Part shown: piece by piece, positions 22,401-31,922 of the stretch
How positions within the stretch are numbered: position 1 is the first letter of the stretch
Layout: the number at the start of each line of letters is the position of its first letter
NCBI RefSeq assembly: GCF_035497515.1
Contig: NZ_DATJDJ010000180.1
Location: forward strand, 10,875 to 74,874
Direction: 5' to 3'
From: Pararhizobium sp.
GTDB lineage: Bacteria > Pseudomonadota > Alphaproteobacteria > Rhizobiales > Rhizobiaceae
DNA length: 64,000 nucleotides
Program-made: the position numbers and the translations under genes
The notes under the pieces: generated by a model
What the model was told of the DNA's origin: nothing
The model's database searches: none
The model's input: only the letters and a program-made list of their open reading frames with translations

Positions 22401-23546
22401 CTAGATTCCCAGCACCGAAAGCATGATGAAGGTGGCGAACAGCACGAAATGGGTCATGCCCTCGATCGCATTGGTCTGGCCGTCATTGAGGTTGATGGCG
22501 GCAGCAATCAGCGTGATGGTCACCATCACCGTCTGCACCGGCGACATGGCCATGATGAACGGCTGGCCGGTATAGAGCGCGATCGCCTCCATTACCGGCA
22601 CGGTCAGGATCACGGTCGAAAGCGAGGCTCCGAGCGCGATGTTGACGACGGCCTGCATGCGGTTGGCAAGGGCCGCCCGCACAGCCGTCATGATTTCCGG
22701 CGAGGCCGAGATGGCGGCAACGACGAGCGCTGCCATGACCGGTGGCGCGCCGCTGCTCTTCAGGCCGAAGGTGAGCAGGCCGGACATGACCTCGGCCAGC
22801 ACGCCGATGACGACGACGCCGGCAATCAGGATGCCGATGGAAAGCGCGACCGGTTCCTGTTCCGGCGCCCGCTTTTCCACACCTTCGCGCTTGGGATAGC
22901 TGTAGCTGAAGAAATAGCTGTGCACGCCGACCTGCATTCTGAGAAAGACCGCATAGAGCATCAGCATCGCGACGATGGTAAAGGCCGAATAGAGATGCCA
23001 TTTCGCCGCCGGCACGAATTCCGGCACGATCATCGAAATACCCATCGCCGTCAGGATCATGACGCTGTAGGTGCGGCTGGAATCGTCGTTATAGGACTGC
23101 TCGCCATGCTTGAGGCCGCCGAGCAGCGCAGCAAGCCCGAGAATGCCGTTGATATCGAGCATGACGGCCGAATAGATCGTATCGCGTACCAGCGTCGGCG
23201 AAATTTCCTCGGCGCTCATCATGATCGCCAGGATGGTCACCTCGACGAGCACGGCCGACAGCGTCAGGATCATCGTCCCGTAGGGATCGCCGACCTTGGC
23301 GGCCAGCACTTCGGCATGGTGGGCGACACGCATCGAGGCAAGCACGATGGCAAGGACGAGAACTGCGGCACCGATCAGCGCCGCCGCCTGCCCCATCTCC
23401 AGCAGCGCGTGCTCGAACGAGAGGCCGAAACCGGCAACGACAACGGCGACGCCGAGCAGGCGTTCGGATTTGATGATGGACGACAAGCAGGCGCCTCGCA
23501 AGCAGCGGAACGAATGCCAATCAAGTATAGGCAGTGGAGCGGACAT
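22401..23546 (-). CDS. Ca2+/H+ antiporter (ChaA-like)
   Basis: HHAEVLA..GDPYGTMILTL, SPE and DGQTNAIEGMTH motifs; start codon uncertain. Confidence 0.85.
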   Translation of the reverse strand: MSAPLPILDWHSFRCLRGACLSSIIKSERLLGVAVVVAGFGLSFEHALLEMGQAAALIGAAVLVLAIVLASMRVAHHAEVLAAKVGDPYGTMILTLSAVLVEVTILAIMMSAEEISPTLVRDTIYSAVMLDINGILGLAALLGGLKHGEQSYNDDSSRTYSVMILTAMGISMIVPEFVPAAKWHLYSAFTIVAMLMLYAVFLRMQVGVHSYFFSYSYPKREGVEKRAPEQEPVALSIGILIAGVVVIGVLAEVMSGLLTFGLKSSGAPPVMAALVVAAISASPEIMTAVRAALANRMQAVVNIALGASLSTVILTVPVMEAIALYTGQPFIMAMSPVQTVMVTITLIAAAINLNDGQTNAIEGMTHFVLFATFIMLSVLGI

Positions 23547-23583
23547 TTCAATTGCGCCACGCTTTTCAAGCAGGAAGGCGTGC

Positions 23584-23597
23584 AGGATTATTTTCCT
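23584..23597. promoter_or_regulatory. AGGA-N6-TCCT palindrome upstream of the S24 repressor gene
   Basis: AGGATTATTTTCCT; a near copy lies at 24366. Confidence 0.45.
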
Positions 23598-23701
23598 CTT
23601 TCGCTTTACTCCACCCCGCATTTTCGCTAATCTTCAACCAAGACAGAAGCCGGACAGCCAACCGAAAGCGTCACGCTTCACCGCCTGCAGGATGCGCAAC
23701 G

Positions 23702-24367
23702 ATGTTTTCCCATGACCGTATCTGGAGCGCGATCGACGCGCTCGCCGAACGTCATCAGCTATCCCCTTCGGGCCTTGCCCGCCGGGCCGGGCTTGATCCA
23801 ACCTCGTTCAACAAGTCCAAGCGCCATTCCGCCGACGGACGCGAGCGCTGGCCTTCGACGGAATCGATCGCCAAGGTTCTCGACGCCACCGGCTCGACCA
23901 TCACCCAGTTCATGGACTTCCTGCGCCCCGGCCAGGCCGCGGGCGCCCTGCCGGACGGCGCGTTTCCGCCGCAAAGCGGCTCGATCCCGCTTCTCGGCTT
24001 TGCCCAGGCCGGGGCCGGTGGCTTCTTCGACGACGGCGGCTTTCCGGCCGGCCAGGGATGGGATGTGGTCGAGTTTCCGGCAGCGCCCGGCGCCAAGGCT
24101 GGCGTCTATGCCCTGGAAATCCAGGGCGACAGCATGCTGCCGCTCTACCGCGACGGCGACGTGCTGATCGTCGAGCCCGGCGCGCAGATCCGGCGCGGCG
24201 ACCGAGTCGTGGTCAAGACGACCGAGGGCGAGGTCATGGCCAAGATACTGGTCCGCCAGACCGCGCGCAGCATCGAACTGCTCTCGCTCAATCCCGACCA
24301 CCCGAACCGAAGCTTCGAACTGAGCGATGTCGAATGGATTGCCCGCATCATCTGGGCCAGCCAATAG
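23702..24367 (+). CDS. HTH + S24 peptidase (LexA/cI-like) transcriptional regulator
   Basis: N-terminal HTH (SPSGLARRAGLDPTSFNKSKR), Ala-Gly site (AQAG), catalytic Ser (GDSM) and Lys (MAK). Confidence 0.88.
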   Translation: MFSHDRIWSAIDALAERHQLSPSGLARRAGLDPTSFNKSKRHSADGRERWPSTESIAKVLDATGSTITQFMDFLRPGQAAGALPDGAFPPQSGSIPLLGFAQAGAGGFFDDGGFPAGQGWDVVEFPAAPGAKAGVYALEIQGDSMLPLYRDGDVLIVEPGAQIRRGDRVVVKTTEGEVMAKILVRQTARSIELLSLNPDHPNRSFELSDVEWIARIIWASQ

Positions 24368-24379
24368 GACAGTTTTCCT
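24366..24379. promoter_or_regulatory. AGGA-N6-TCCT palindrome immediately before the thermonuclease-like gene start
   Basis: AGGACAGTTTTCCT, which also contains the likely SD. Confidence 0.4.
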
Positions 24380-24380
24380 G

Positions 24381-25253
24381 ATGAAGAAGCATCTGCTCAC
24401 CGCTGGCGGCGGCCTTCTCTGTATTGCCCTGACGATCTTCATTCTCATGAGCGGCGCCTCGGCCATCCAGGGGCAACAGGCGGCAACACCCGATTTCTCG
24501 CTCGAGACGCCGGATATGAGCGACATGCCTGATCTCGGCGGCGACGACATGGATAAGGATATTCCGGTCCCCGGGGCGGGCGCAGGACGGGTCGAGGGCG
24601 GTGAACCCCTCGCTGAGCCCCCCATACCCGATCCTTCATCTTCGGATGCCTTGCCTTCCGATCCTCTCCCTTCCGGCGAACGCAGCATGATCGCGCCGGA
24701 TGATACGGTCGTGCGCGGTATCGCCCCGGAACAGTTCGGTCTTCCCGAGGACGGGACGACACAGCCGCTGGAACGCATCGAGCCGCGCCTGCCGCTGTCG
24801 GACCCGGTCGCGAAGTCCCAGCCCGTGCCGGTCGTGCTGCGCCATCCCGTAGCGCTGTCGGCCGGCCTGATCCGCTTTGGTGACAGACAGTTGCAACTGG
24901 AGGGACTGGCGCCGCAGGACGCGGACCGGACCTGTGGCGACGGCGCGGCGACCTGGCCCTGCGGCATCGTCGCACGCACTGCCTTCCGCAATTTCCTCCG
25001 CGCCCGCGCCCTTCGCTGCACCGTTCCGAAGAACGGCTGGCAGGGAACCGTGACTGCCGCCTGCACCGTCAGCGATCTCGATCCGGCCGCATGGCTGGCC
25101 GAAAACGGCTGGGCGGAAACGCCGGCAGGTTCTCCGCTGGCGAGCAAGGTGGATGCGGCCCGTAAATCCCGTCTCGGTTTCTTCGGCGACGATCCCAGGG
25201 ATTTCAGCGCTACGCCGGAGGCACTCGACGGGGTGGACCTACTGCATAATTAA
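24381..25253 (+). CDS. Thermonuclease (SNase/ExoI)-like exported protein
   Basis: N-terminal TM, Pro/Asp-rich linker, C..WPCG..AR, C..DL..WLAENGWA and AARKSRLGFF motifs. Confidence 0.75.
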   Translation: MKKHLLTAGGGLLCIALTIFILMSGASAIQGQQAATPDFSLETPDMSDMPDLGGDDMDKDIPVPGAGAGRVEGGEPLAEPPIPDPSSSDALPSDPLPSGERSMIAPDDTVVRGIAPEQFGLPEDGTTQPLERIEPRLPLSDPVAKSQPVPVVLRHPVALSAGLIRFGDRQLQLEGLAPQDADRTCGDGAATWPCGIVARTAFRNFLRARALRCTVPKNGWQGTVTAACTVSDLDPAAWLAENGWAETPAGSPLASKVDAARKSRLGFFGDDPRDFSATPEALDGVDLLHN

Positions 25254-25301
25254 AGTATTACAGCGACCTTTGCGCGTCATATTCGGCGCGCGGCGCTGTA
25301 G
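25243..25301 (+). repeat. Motif-C-like repeat, copy 2 (overlaps the stop of the upstream gene)
   Basis: TGCATAATTAAAGTATTACAGCGACCTTTGCGCGTC...CGCGCGGCGCTGTAG. Confidence 0.8.
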
Positions 25302-25402
25302 CCAACGAACTGCCGTTGGAGATGGATACGGGAAAACAGGACTTGTAAGCAGCGCGCGCCGCCCATACCTGTGAAGCCGCATCAAACAGCACGGAACCAT
25401 CT

Positions 25403-25813
25403 ATGCCCACAACCCTCAGCCATCACGAAGCCCTCATCTATGTCATGGTGATGATGTCGGCGGTCGATACCGTCATGACCGACGAGGAGCTGGAGCGCAT
25501 CGGCCGGCTGACGGGTTTCCTGCCGGTCTTCGCCGGTTTCGACGACGATCACCTGATGCACACCGCCCGCGAATGCGCCGCTCTTCTCGGCGGGCCGGAG
25601 GGCCTCGATATCACGCTCGAGGTCGTGCGCGAGGCACTACCGTCGCGCCTCTACGACACGGCTTATGCATTGGCGGTCGAGATTGCCGCTGCCGACCATT
25701 CCATCCGCCAGGAGGAAATCCGCTTGCTGCAACTGCTGCGCGATCGGCTGGGCCTCGACAAGCTCACCTGCGCGGCGATCGAACGCGGCGCCATGGCCCG
25801 CTTTCGCAAATAG
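25403..25813 (+). CDS. TerB-family protein
   Basis: SAVD..MTDEEL and TAYALAVEIAAAD....EE duplicated acidic motifs. Confidence 0.85.
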   Translation: MPTTLSHHEALIYVMVMMSAVDTVMTDEELERIGRLTGFLPVFAGFDDDHLMHTARECAALLGGPEGLDITLEVVREALPSRLYDTAYALAVEIAAADHSIRQEEIRLLQLLRDRLGLDKLTCAAIERGAMARFRK

Positions 25814-25818
25814 GAAGT

Positions 25819-26691
25819 TCAATAGATCCCGGCGGGGAAATAGCGCAGGTAGATCTCGTTGAGCCTGCCCTTTCGCGAAAGCTCGAGCAACGCATGATCG
25901 ATCGCCTGCGTCAGCGCCGGATCGCCCTTGCGATTCATGATCGCCAGGCCCTCTCCGAGAAAGCGCGGCGAAAAATAGGCGCCATCGAGAAGGGCACAGC
26001 AATTGGCGGCCTCGCCGCCGGCCGTCCAGAATGACAATTGCATGCCGTCGGAAAAGACGGCAGCGACCTTGCCCTCTTTCAGCGCGGCAAGCATCGCCTC
26101 GCGCGCCGGGAAGGAGGTCGCGGTCAGCTTCGGAAAGAAAGCTTTCAGCATCGCCTCATGCGTGGTGCCTGCAACGACGCCCACCGGTCTGTTGCCGATT
26201 TCAGCGACGGACAGTGCATTGCCCATCGCCCGCCGGTTGGCCGAGAACCGGGCCGGCAGCTTCATGAAGACACGCGAGAAAGCGAAGCGCTGGCGCAGTT
26301 CCGGGCTGATGCCGACGCCGGCCACGACCGCCTCGCCCTGCCCGTCCTCCAGCGCCGGTTGCAGTTCGGCGAAGGTCACGGCCTGGATCTGGCACTTGGC
26401 TGCGATGTCGAGTTCCCGGCAAATCTCCCGGACGAGGTCGACATGGAAGCCTGACAGGCGGCCGGACTGGTCGATGAAATTGAATGGCGGGAAATCGACC
26501 GTGGTCAGGAAGCGCAACCGTGCCAGGCCGCTCAGGTCCGGCTTGGCGATCCGCTCGCGCGCATCGAACAGCAGCGGCATGTCATGAACATCGTCCTGAG
26601 CGTGCGACATGGCCGAAAAAGGCGCAACCAGAAGCACGCACAGCGCGAAAATCCCGTAAAATTTTAGGGATGCACGGAAAGAGCGTGTCAT
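25819..26691 (-). CDS. Polar amino-acid ABC transporter substrate-binding protein (orphan)
   Basis: Signal peptide; DFPPFNFIDQSGRLSGFHVDL motif; no adjacent permease gene. Confidence 0.85.
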   Translation of the reverse strand: MTRSFRASLKFYGIFALCVLLVAPFSAMSHAQDDVHDMPLLFDARERIAKPDLSGLARLRFLTTVDFPPFNFIDQSGRLSGFHVDLVREICRELDIAAKCQIQAVTFAELQPALEDGQGEAVVAGVGISPELRQRFAFSRVFMKLPARFSANRRAMGNALSVAEIGNRPVGVVAGTTHEAMLKAFFPKLTATSFPAREAMLAALKEGKVAAVFSDGMQLSFWTAGGEAANCCALLDGAYFSPRFLGEGLAIMNRKGDPALTQAIDHALLELSRKGRLNEIYLRYFPAGIY

Positions 26692-26749
26692 TATAATTAT
26701 TCCCGGGATCAGATAGGGATATTGCCGCGCAAGCAGCAACGGGGATTTC

Positions 26750-28684
26750 ATGCGTCTCGGAGAATATCCGGACAATTCCGGAATGGCTACCGTAAATGAA
26801 CCATCGGCCGCGTCCTCGCCCCCCGCTGCCGCACCGGTCCCGTTCGCGCCAGCGTTGAAGGAAGAAGGCCGCCTGCTTCTGCGGATGGGCATCGGCAAGC
26901 CCTTGATCGCCCGGGCGATGCTCTCGGCGCAAAGCCACAGCACCACCGTCGAGGCGGAGCTTCTGGCCTCCGGCGAGATCGACGAGATCATTTATTTCGA
27001 AGCGCTTGCCGACATGCTGGGCATCGATTTCATATCGCAGATCGATCCAGTCCGCGTACAGGATATTGCCGGTTCGGACATCCAGTTGCTTCGACCCGAG
27101 ACCCTGCGTGTGCATCACCCGTCGAAACCGCCAGTCACGATCATTGTCCCCTCCTTGATGCGGTTGAACGACGTTGCCGCCCTGCTGGAACGGACACCGA
27201 TGCTGCGGCAGTCGCTTGCCGCCTCGACACCATCGGTGGTGCGCGCGGCGGTCTGGCAAGCGGGGCGGTTGCGCCGGGTCTCGGCCACGACCCAGTCCTT
27301 GTTCGAGACCACGCCGCTTCACAGCGCCCGCATCACCTTCTGGGGCAAGCAGGGTTTTTACGCCGGCATCATGCTCAGCGCTCTGCTGGTCATGGCCGTG
27401 ACGCTGCCGATGATCAGCCTGCTGCTGCTGCATGTCGTGCTGTCGCTTTTCTACCTCGCCAATTTCCTCGTCCGGTTCTATGCGCTCGGCTGTGCCTTCA
27501 GGCAGGACCGAGCGCCGGCACGCGTTACACAAGAACTGCCGGAGGCGCCCCTGCCGGTCTATTCGGTGCTGGTCGCGCTCTACAAGGAGAAGAGCGTCGC
27601 GGGGCAACTTGTCGATGCCCTCAACCGGATCGACTGGCCGCGCTCGCGGCTGGATATCAAGCTGGTCTGCGAGGAAGACGACATCGAGACGATCGCGGCG
27701 CTCAAGGCCATGCGGCTGGCGCCGGAATACGAGATCGTCCAGGTGCCGGTGCATCTGCCGCGCACCAAGCCGAAGGCTTTGAGCTATGCGCTGTCCGGCG
27801 TTCGGGGTGCCTTCGTCACCGTCTATGACGCGGAAGACCGAATGCACCCGAGGCAACTGCGCGAGGCCTATGCCGCCTTCCACGCCGCGCCGTCGCGCGT
27901 CATCTGCCTGCAGGCGCCGCTGATCGTCACCAATGCGCGGCAATCCTGGCTGAGTGCGCTTTTCGCGGTGGAATATGCAGGCCTGTTCCGTGGTCTTCTT
28001 CCGATGTTGTCGCTGACCCGGCTGCCACTACCGCTCGGCGGGACATCCAATCATTTCCGTACCGCCGAACTCAAGCAGATCGGCGGCTGGGATCCCTACA
28101 ACATGACCGAAGATGCCGATCTGGGCCTTCGGCTGCATCGGCTGGGCTATCGATCCCAGGTCATATTCATGCCGACCTTCGAGGAGGCGCCGATCACGTT
28201 GCCGATCTGGCTCGGCCAGCGCACCCGCTGGTTCAAGGGCTGGCTGCAGACCTGGCTGGTGCTGATGCGCAGGCCTGCGCAATTGCGCCGAGAAATGGGC
28301 TGGCTCGCCTTTTCCGTCTTCCAGGTGCTGATCGCCGGCATGCTCTTGTCCTCGCTCTGCCATCCGGTCATCCTCGGTTTCCTCGTCTATCTCGGCTGGG
28401 CAATGGTTCAGGACGGTACCCATGTCGATAGCTGGCTGACATTCTGGCTGTTCATCTGCGATGTCGTGAACATCTTCGGCAGCTATGCGGTCTTCATCGC
28501 GCTCGGGCGAAACAGGATGACGAAGCGGGAGAGGCGCGCGGTGGGCTGGCGCTGGGCCTTCGTGCCTGCCTATTGGCTGATCATGTCGGTGGCCGCCTGG
28601 CGGGCGCTGCTGGAACTGCGAACCAGCCCGTTCTCCTGGAACAAGACGCCGCATGTCGCGGTCGGCGCCACGGGCGAGACTTAA
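26750..28684 (+). CDS. Processive GT2 glycosyltransferase
   Basis: ALYKE, TKPKAL, YDAED, TED and QRTRW motifs, TM helices and WNKTPH; alternative start at 26783. Confidence 0.85.
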   Translation: MRLGEYPDNSGMATVNEPSAASSPPAAAPVPFAPALKEEGRLLLRMGIGKPLIARAMLSAQSHSTTVEAELLASGEIDEIIYFEALADMLGIDFISQIDPVRVQDIAGSDIQLLRPETLRVHHPSKPPVTIIVPSLMRLNDVAALLERTPMLRQSLAASTPSVVRAAVWQAGRLRRVSATTQSLFETTPLHSARITFWGKQGFYAGIMLSALLVMAVTLPMISLLLLHVVLSLFYLANFLVRFYALGCAFRQDRAPARVTQELPEAPLPVYSVLVALYKEKSVAGQLVDALNRIDWPRSRLDIKLVCEEDDIETIAALKAMRLAPEYEIVQVPVHLPRTKPKALSYALSGVRGAFVTVYDAEDRMHPRQLREAYAAFHAAPSRVICLQAPLIVTNARQSWLSALFAVEYAGLFRGLLPMLSLTRLPLPLGGTSNHFRTAELKQIGGWDPYNMTEDADLGLRLHRLGYRSQVIFMPTFEEAPITLPIWLGQRTRWFKGWLQTWLVLMRRPAQLRREMGWLAFSVFQVLIAGMLLSSLCHPVILGFLVYLGWAMVQDGTHVDSWLTFWLFICDVVNIFGSYAVFIALGRNRMTKRERRAVGWRWAFVPAYWLIMSVAAWRALLELRTSPFSWNKTPHVAVGATGET

Positions 28685-28694
28685 AGCGTGTCGC

Positions 28695-28985
28695 TCATTT
28701 GCGGGGAGAAGCGTTACCGACGAAATGCAGCGTATCGCCCTCCACCGGCGGTCTGCCGATCACCACGGGCGGCTCAACGTCTGGACGCGCTTCATCGGCC
28801 TGATAGCGCTTCAGCACCCGCTCGATACTGTCGTAGCGCCGCATGAGCGAAATGATGCCCGGCAGCATGCCATCGCGAAAATCATTGGTGGCGCTGAAGA
28901 ACTTGAACTCGTTAGCGAGCACGTTCTTGAGCTGCTCACGCTCTTCCTCCAGCTGGCGCCGATATTCGGGATTTTCCATGGACAT
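28695..28985 (-). CDS. Hypothetical protein
   Basis: About 96-aa open frame in the gap next to the tRNA-Gly 3' end; no recognised motif. Confidence 0.5.
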   Translation of the reverse strand: MSMENPEYRRQLEEEREQLKNVLANEFKFFSATNDFRDGMLPGIISLMRRYDSIERVLKRYQADEARPDVEPPVVIGRPPVEGDTLHFVGNASPRK

Positions 28986-29219
28986 GGCGAGAGGGCGCTC
29001 CTGTTTGAATGACACCAGAGATCACGAACACGATAGGAGGAACAACAGGACTTCTGCCAGCGCGTGCGCATCAAGGGCACCGAGGCTTTTCAATGTCGCG
29101 CATCACGATTATAGCTTGCGAAGAATAGACAAGCGGCTCGCATTGCCGGGCAACATGTCACCAAGTTCGGCCAAGACTGAAATCGCTCGAAATTTGCACG
29201 CAAAGCCCTGAGATCAAGG

Positions 29220-29293
29220 TGGAGCGGGTAGCGGGAATCGAACCCGCACACTTAGCTTGGGAAGCTAATACGCTACCACTACATCATACCCGC
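29220..29293 (-). tRNA. tRNA-Gly(CCC)
   Basis: GCGGGTA acceptor stem, TTAGC-TT-CCC-AA-GCTAA anticodon arm, GGTTCGATTCC T-arm and encoded CCA. Confidence 0.95.
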
Positions 29294-29358
29294 AGCGCCC
29301 GTGAGGTTTCCACCAAGTTGCGACGACTGTCAAGGCGGCAAGCAATTTTCGGGCGCAG

Positions 29359-30456
29359 CTATTCAGAACGGAAATGTTTGGAGAGCTTCAGGCCCTGAGC
29401 CTGGTAGTTCGAGCCAAGGCCGAGGCCGTAGAGACCCTGCGGCCGCTCCATCATATGTTCATAGATCAGCCGGCCGACGATCTGGCCGTGTTCGAGGATG
29501 AATGGAACCTCGTGGCTGCGGACCTCGAGAACGGCGCGGCTGCCCTTGCCGCCGGCCGAGACATGACCGAAGCCGGGATCGAAGAAACCAGCATAATGGA
29601 CACGGAATTCGCCGACCAGCGGATCGAACGGCGTCATTTCGGCGGCATAGAGCGGCGGAACATGCACGGCTTCGCGCGAGACGAGGATGTAGAATTCATC
29701 GGGATCAAGGATCAGTTCGTCGCGGCCGCGGCTGTAGAGCGGCTCCCAGAAATCGTAGATGCCATGCACGGCCTTCTTGTCGACATCGACGACTGCGGTA
29801 TGATGCTTGCCGCGATAGCCGATCAGGCCATCGACGCCGGTGCCCTTGAGATCGATCGACAACGCAATCCCCGCCCCCGAGACATTCGGCGTTTCGCTGG
29901 CGACCAGCACGTCGCTTTCGTGCAGCGCCATCACCTCGGTTTCGGCGAGCAACGCATGGCCGATGCGGAAACGGATCTGCGACAGGCGCGAGCCGCGCCG
30001 GACGATGACCGGGAAGGTCCGCGGGCTGATTTCGAGATAGAGCGGACCGGTATAGCCGGCGGGGATCTTGTCGAATTCCTGCGCCCGGTCGGTGATGACG
30101 CGGGTGAAGATGTCGAGGCGGCCGGTCGAACTCTTCGGATTGGCAGAGGCCGACATGTCGGCCGGCAGGTCGAGGCTTTCCATCAGCGGCACGATGTAGA
30201 CGCAGCCGGTCTCCAGCACCGATCCTTCCGACAAGTCGATGACATGCAGCTTCAGCCGATCCAGCTTGTCGGCAACCAGATGGCCGGGACCCGGCATGAA
30301 ACTGGCGCGCACGCGGAAGGCTTTCGAGCCCAAGCGAAGGTCGAGGCTCGCCGGCTGGATCTGATCGACATCCAGCTTGGCTTCGCTTTTCAGCCGTCCT
30401 TCGTCAAACAGCGCCGCGATGGCGCGATCGGCTAGAATACCCGTCGCCCTGGTCAT
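29359..30456 (-). CDS. dcd: dCTP deaminase (long alphaproteobacterial form)
   Basis: QPASLDLRLG, NPKSSTGR, HYAGFFDPGFG and SNYQAQ motifs. Confidence 0.9.
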   Translation of the reverse strand: MTRATGILADRAIAALFDEGRLKSEAKLDVDQIQPASLDLRLGSKAFRVRASFMPGPGHLVADKLDRLKLHVIDLSEGSVLETGCVYIVPLMESLDLPADMSASANPKSSTGRLDIFTRVITDRAQEFDKIPAGYTGPLYLEISPRTFPVIVRRGSRLSQIRFRIGHALLAETEVMALHESDVLVASETPNVSGAGIALSIDLKGTGVDGLIGYRGKHHTAVVDVDKKAVHGIYDFWEPLYSRGRDELILDPDEFYILVSREAVHVPPLYAAEMTPFDPLVGEFRVHYAGFFDPGFGHVSAGGKGSRAVLEVRSHEVPFILEHGQIVGRLIYEHMMERPQGLYGLGLGSNYQAQGLKLSKHFRSE

Positions 30457-30567
30457 CTCATCGTCCTCTTTGCCGCGAACAGCACGTCATAACTCAAATT
30501 GTCCCTGTGACATATCTTCTCGCTCGCGGGAATTGACGCAAGCGCGGCAAATCAGTAAATACTGACT

Positions 30568-30640
30568 TATCCCGTGGTGATTTGGCCGGTCGGCTTGCAG
30601 CCACGTTAAACAAGTAGCTAAAAAGGCCGGGTTTGAAACC
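30568..30640 (+). ncRNA. SAM-II (SAM-alpha) riboswitch
   Basis: CGTGGTGATTTGGCCG...CTTGCAGCCACGTTAAACAAGTAGCTAAAAAGG directly upstream of a methionine biosynthesis gene; followed by a CCGG hairpin and a T-run. Confidence 0.9.
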
Positions 30641-30686
30641 GGCTTGCTTTTTCGCGGCCGGTTTTTTTGTGTTGAAAGAGACGATA

Positions 30687-31871
30687 ATGAGCAAAACCTG
30701 GCGCCCCGCGACACAGCTCGTTCATGGTGGCACGACCCGTTCCAATCATGGTGAAACCTCCGAAGCCATCTTCATGACGCAGGGCTTCGTCTACGACAGC
30801 TCGGAAGCCGCCGAAGCGCGCTTCAAGGGCGAGACCGACGGCTTCATCTATGCGCGTTACGGCAGCCCGACCAACGACATGTTCGAGCAGCGCATGTGCA
30901 TGCTGGAGGGCGCCGAGGATGCGCGCGCCACCGCATCCGGGATGGCGGCGGTGGCGGCGGCCGTCCTCTGCCAGGTGAAAGCCGGCGATCATATCGTTGC
31001 CGCCCGCGCGCTTTTCGGCTCCTGCCGCTGGGTGGTGGAGACACTGGCCCCGAGATACGGCATCGACTTCACGCTGGTCGACGGGCGGCATCTTGAAAAT
31101 TGGGAAAAGGCCGTCAAGCCGAACACCAAGGTATTCTTTCTCGAAAGCCCGACCAACCCGACGCTGGAAGTGGTCGATATCGAAGGCGTCGTGGGGATCG
31201 CCAACCAGATCGGCGCCAAGGTCATCGTCGATAACGTCTTTGCGACGCCGCTGCTGCAGAAGCCGCTGGAACTTGGCGCCCATATCGTCGTCTATTCCGC
31301 CACCAAGCATATCGACGGCCAAGGCCGCTGCCTGGGCGGAGTCATCCTCTCCGACAAGGAGTGGATCAAGGAACACCTGCAGGACTATTTCCGCCACACA
31401 GGCCCGGCACTGTCGCCGTTCAACGCCTGGACACTGCTGAAGGGCATCGAAACCTTGCCGCTCAGGGTACGCCAGCAGAGCGAGAATGCTTCCCGCGTCG
31501 CCGATTTCCTTGCAGACCAGAGCAAGGTCGCCAAGGTCATCTATCCGGGCCGCAAGGACCATCCGCAGGCCGATATCATCGCCCGGCAGATGAAGGGCGG
31601 CTCGACTCTGGTCTGCTTCGACCTGAAGGGTGGCAAGGAAGCGGCCTTCAAGCTGCAGAACGCGCTCGAGACGGTGCTGATCTCCAACAATCTTGGCGAT
31701 AGCAAGAGCCTGATCACGCATCCGGCGACGACGACGCACAAGAACCTCTCCGAAGAGGCCCGCACCGAACTCGGCATCTCGCCCGGCACCGTTCGCTTCT
31801 CGGCCGGCATTGAGGACAGTGAAGACCTGATCGAGGATTTCGCCCGGGCGCTGAAGTCCGTCCAGGCCTGA
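30687..31871 (+). CDS. metZ: O-succinylhomoserine sulfhydrylase
   Basis: YARYGSPT, ESPTNP, DNVFATP, SATKHIDGQGR (PLP Lys) and NLGD motifs. Confidence 0.92.
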   Translation: MSKTWRPATQLVHGGTTRSNHGETSEAIFMTQGFVYDSSEAAEARFKGETDGFIYARYGSPTNDMFEQRMCMLEGAEDARATASGMAAVAAAVLCQVKAGDHIVAARALFGSCRWVVETLAPRYGIDFTLVDGRHLENWEKAVKPNTKVFFLESPTNPTLEVVDIEGVVGIANQIGAKVIVDNVFATPLLQKPLELGAHIVVYSATKHIDGQGRCLGGVILSDKEWIKEHLQDYFRHTGPALSPFNAWTLLKGIETLPLRVRQQSENASRVADFLADQSKVAKVIYPGRKDHPQADIIARQMKGGSTLVCFDLKGGKEAAFKLQNALETVLISNNLGDSKSLITHPATTTHKNLSEEARTELGISPGTVRFSAGIEDSEDLIEDFARALKSVQA

Positions 31872-31888
31872 TCTTTCGGAACTGCCTG

Positions 31889-31922
31889 AAACGCCCGTGT
31901 CCTGCCGGATGCGGGCGTTTTT
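31889..31922. terminator. Terminator between convergent metZ and CDP-alcohol transferase genes
   Basis: AAACGCCCG...CGGGCGTTTTT. Confidence 0.7.

Noticed and set aside
29220-29245. attL/attR duplication of a tRNA 3' end (tRNA-Thr also checked)
   Set aside because: I saw no second copy of either tRNA 3' end in the window.
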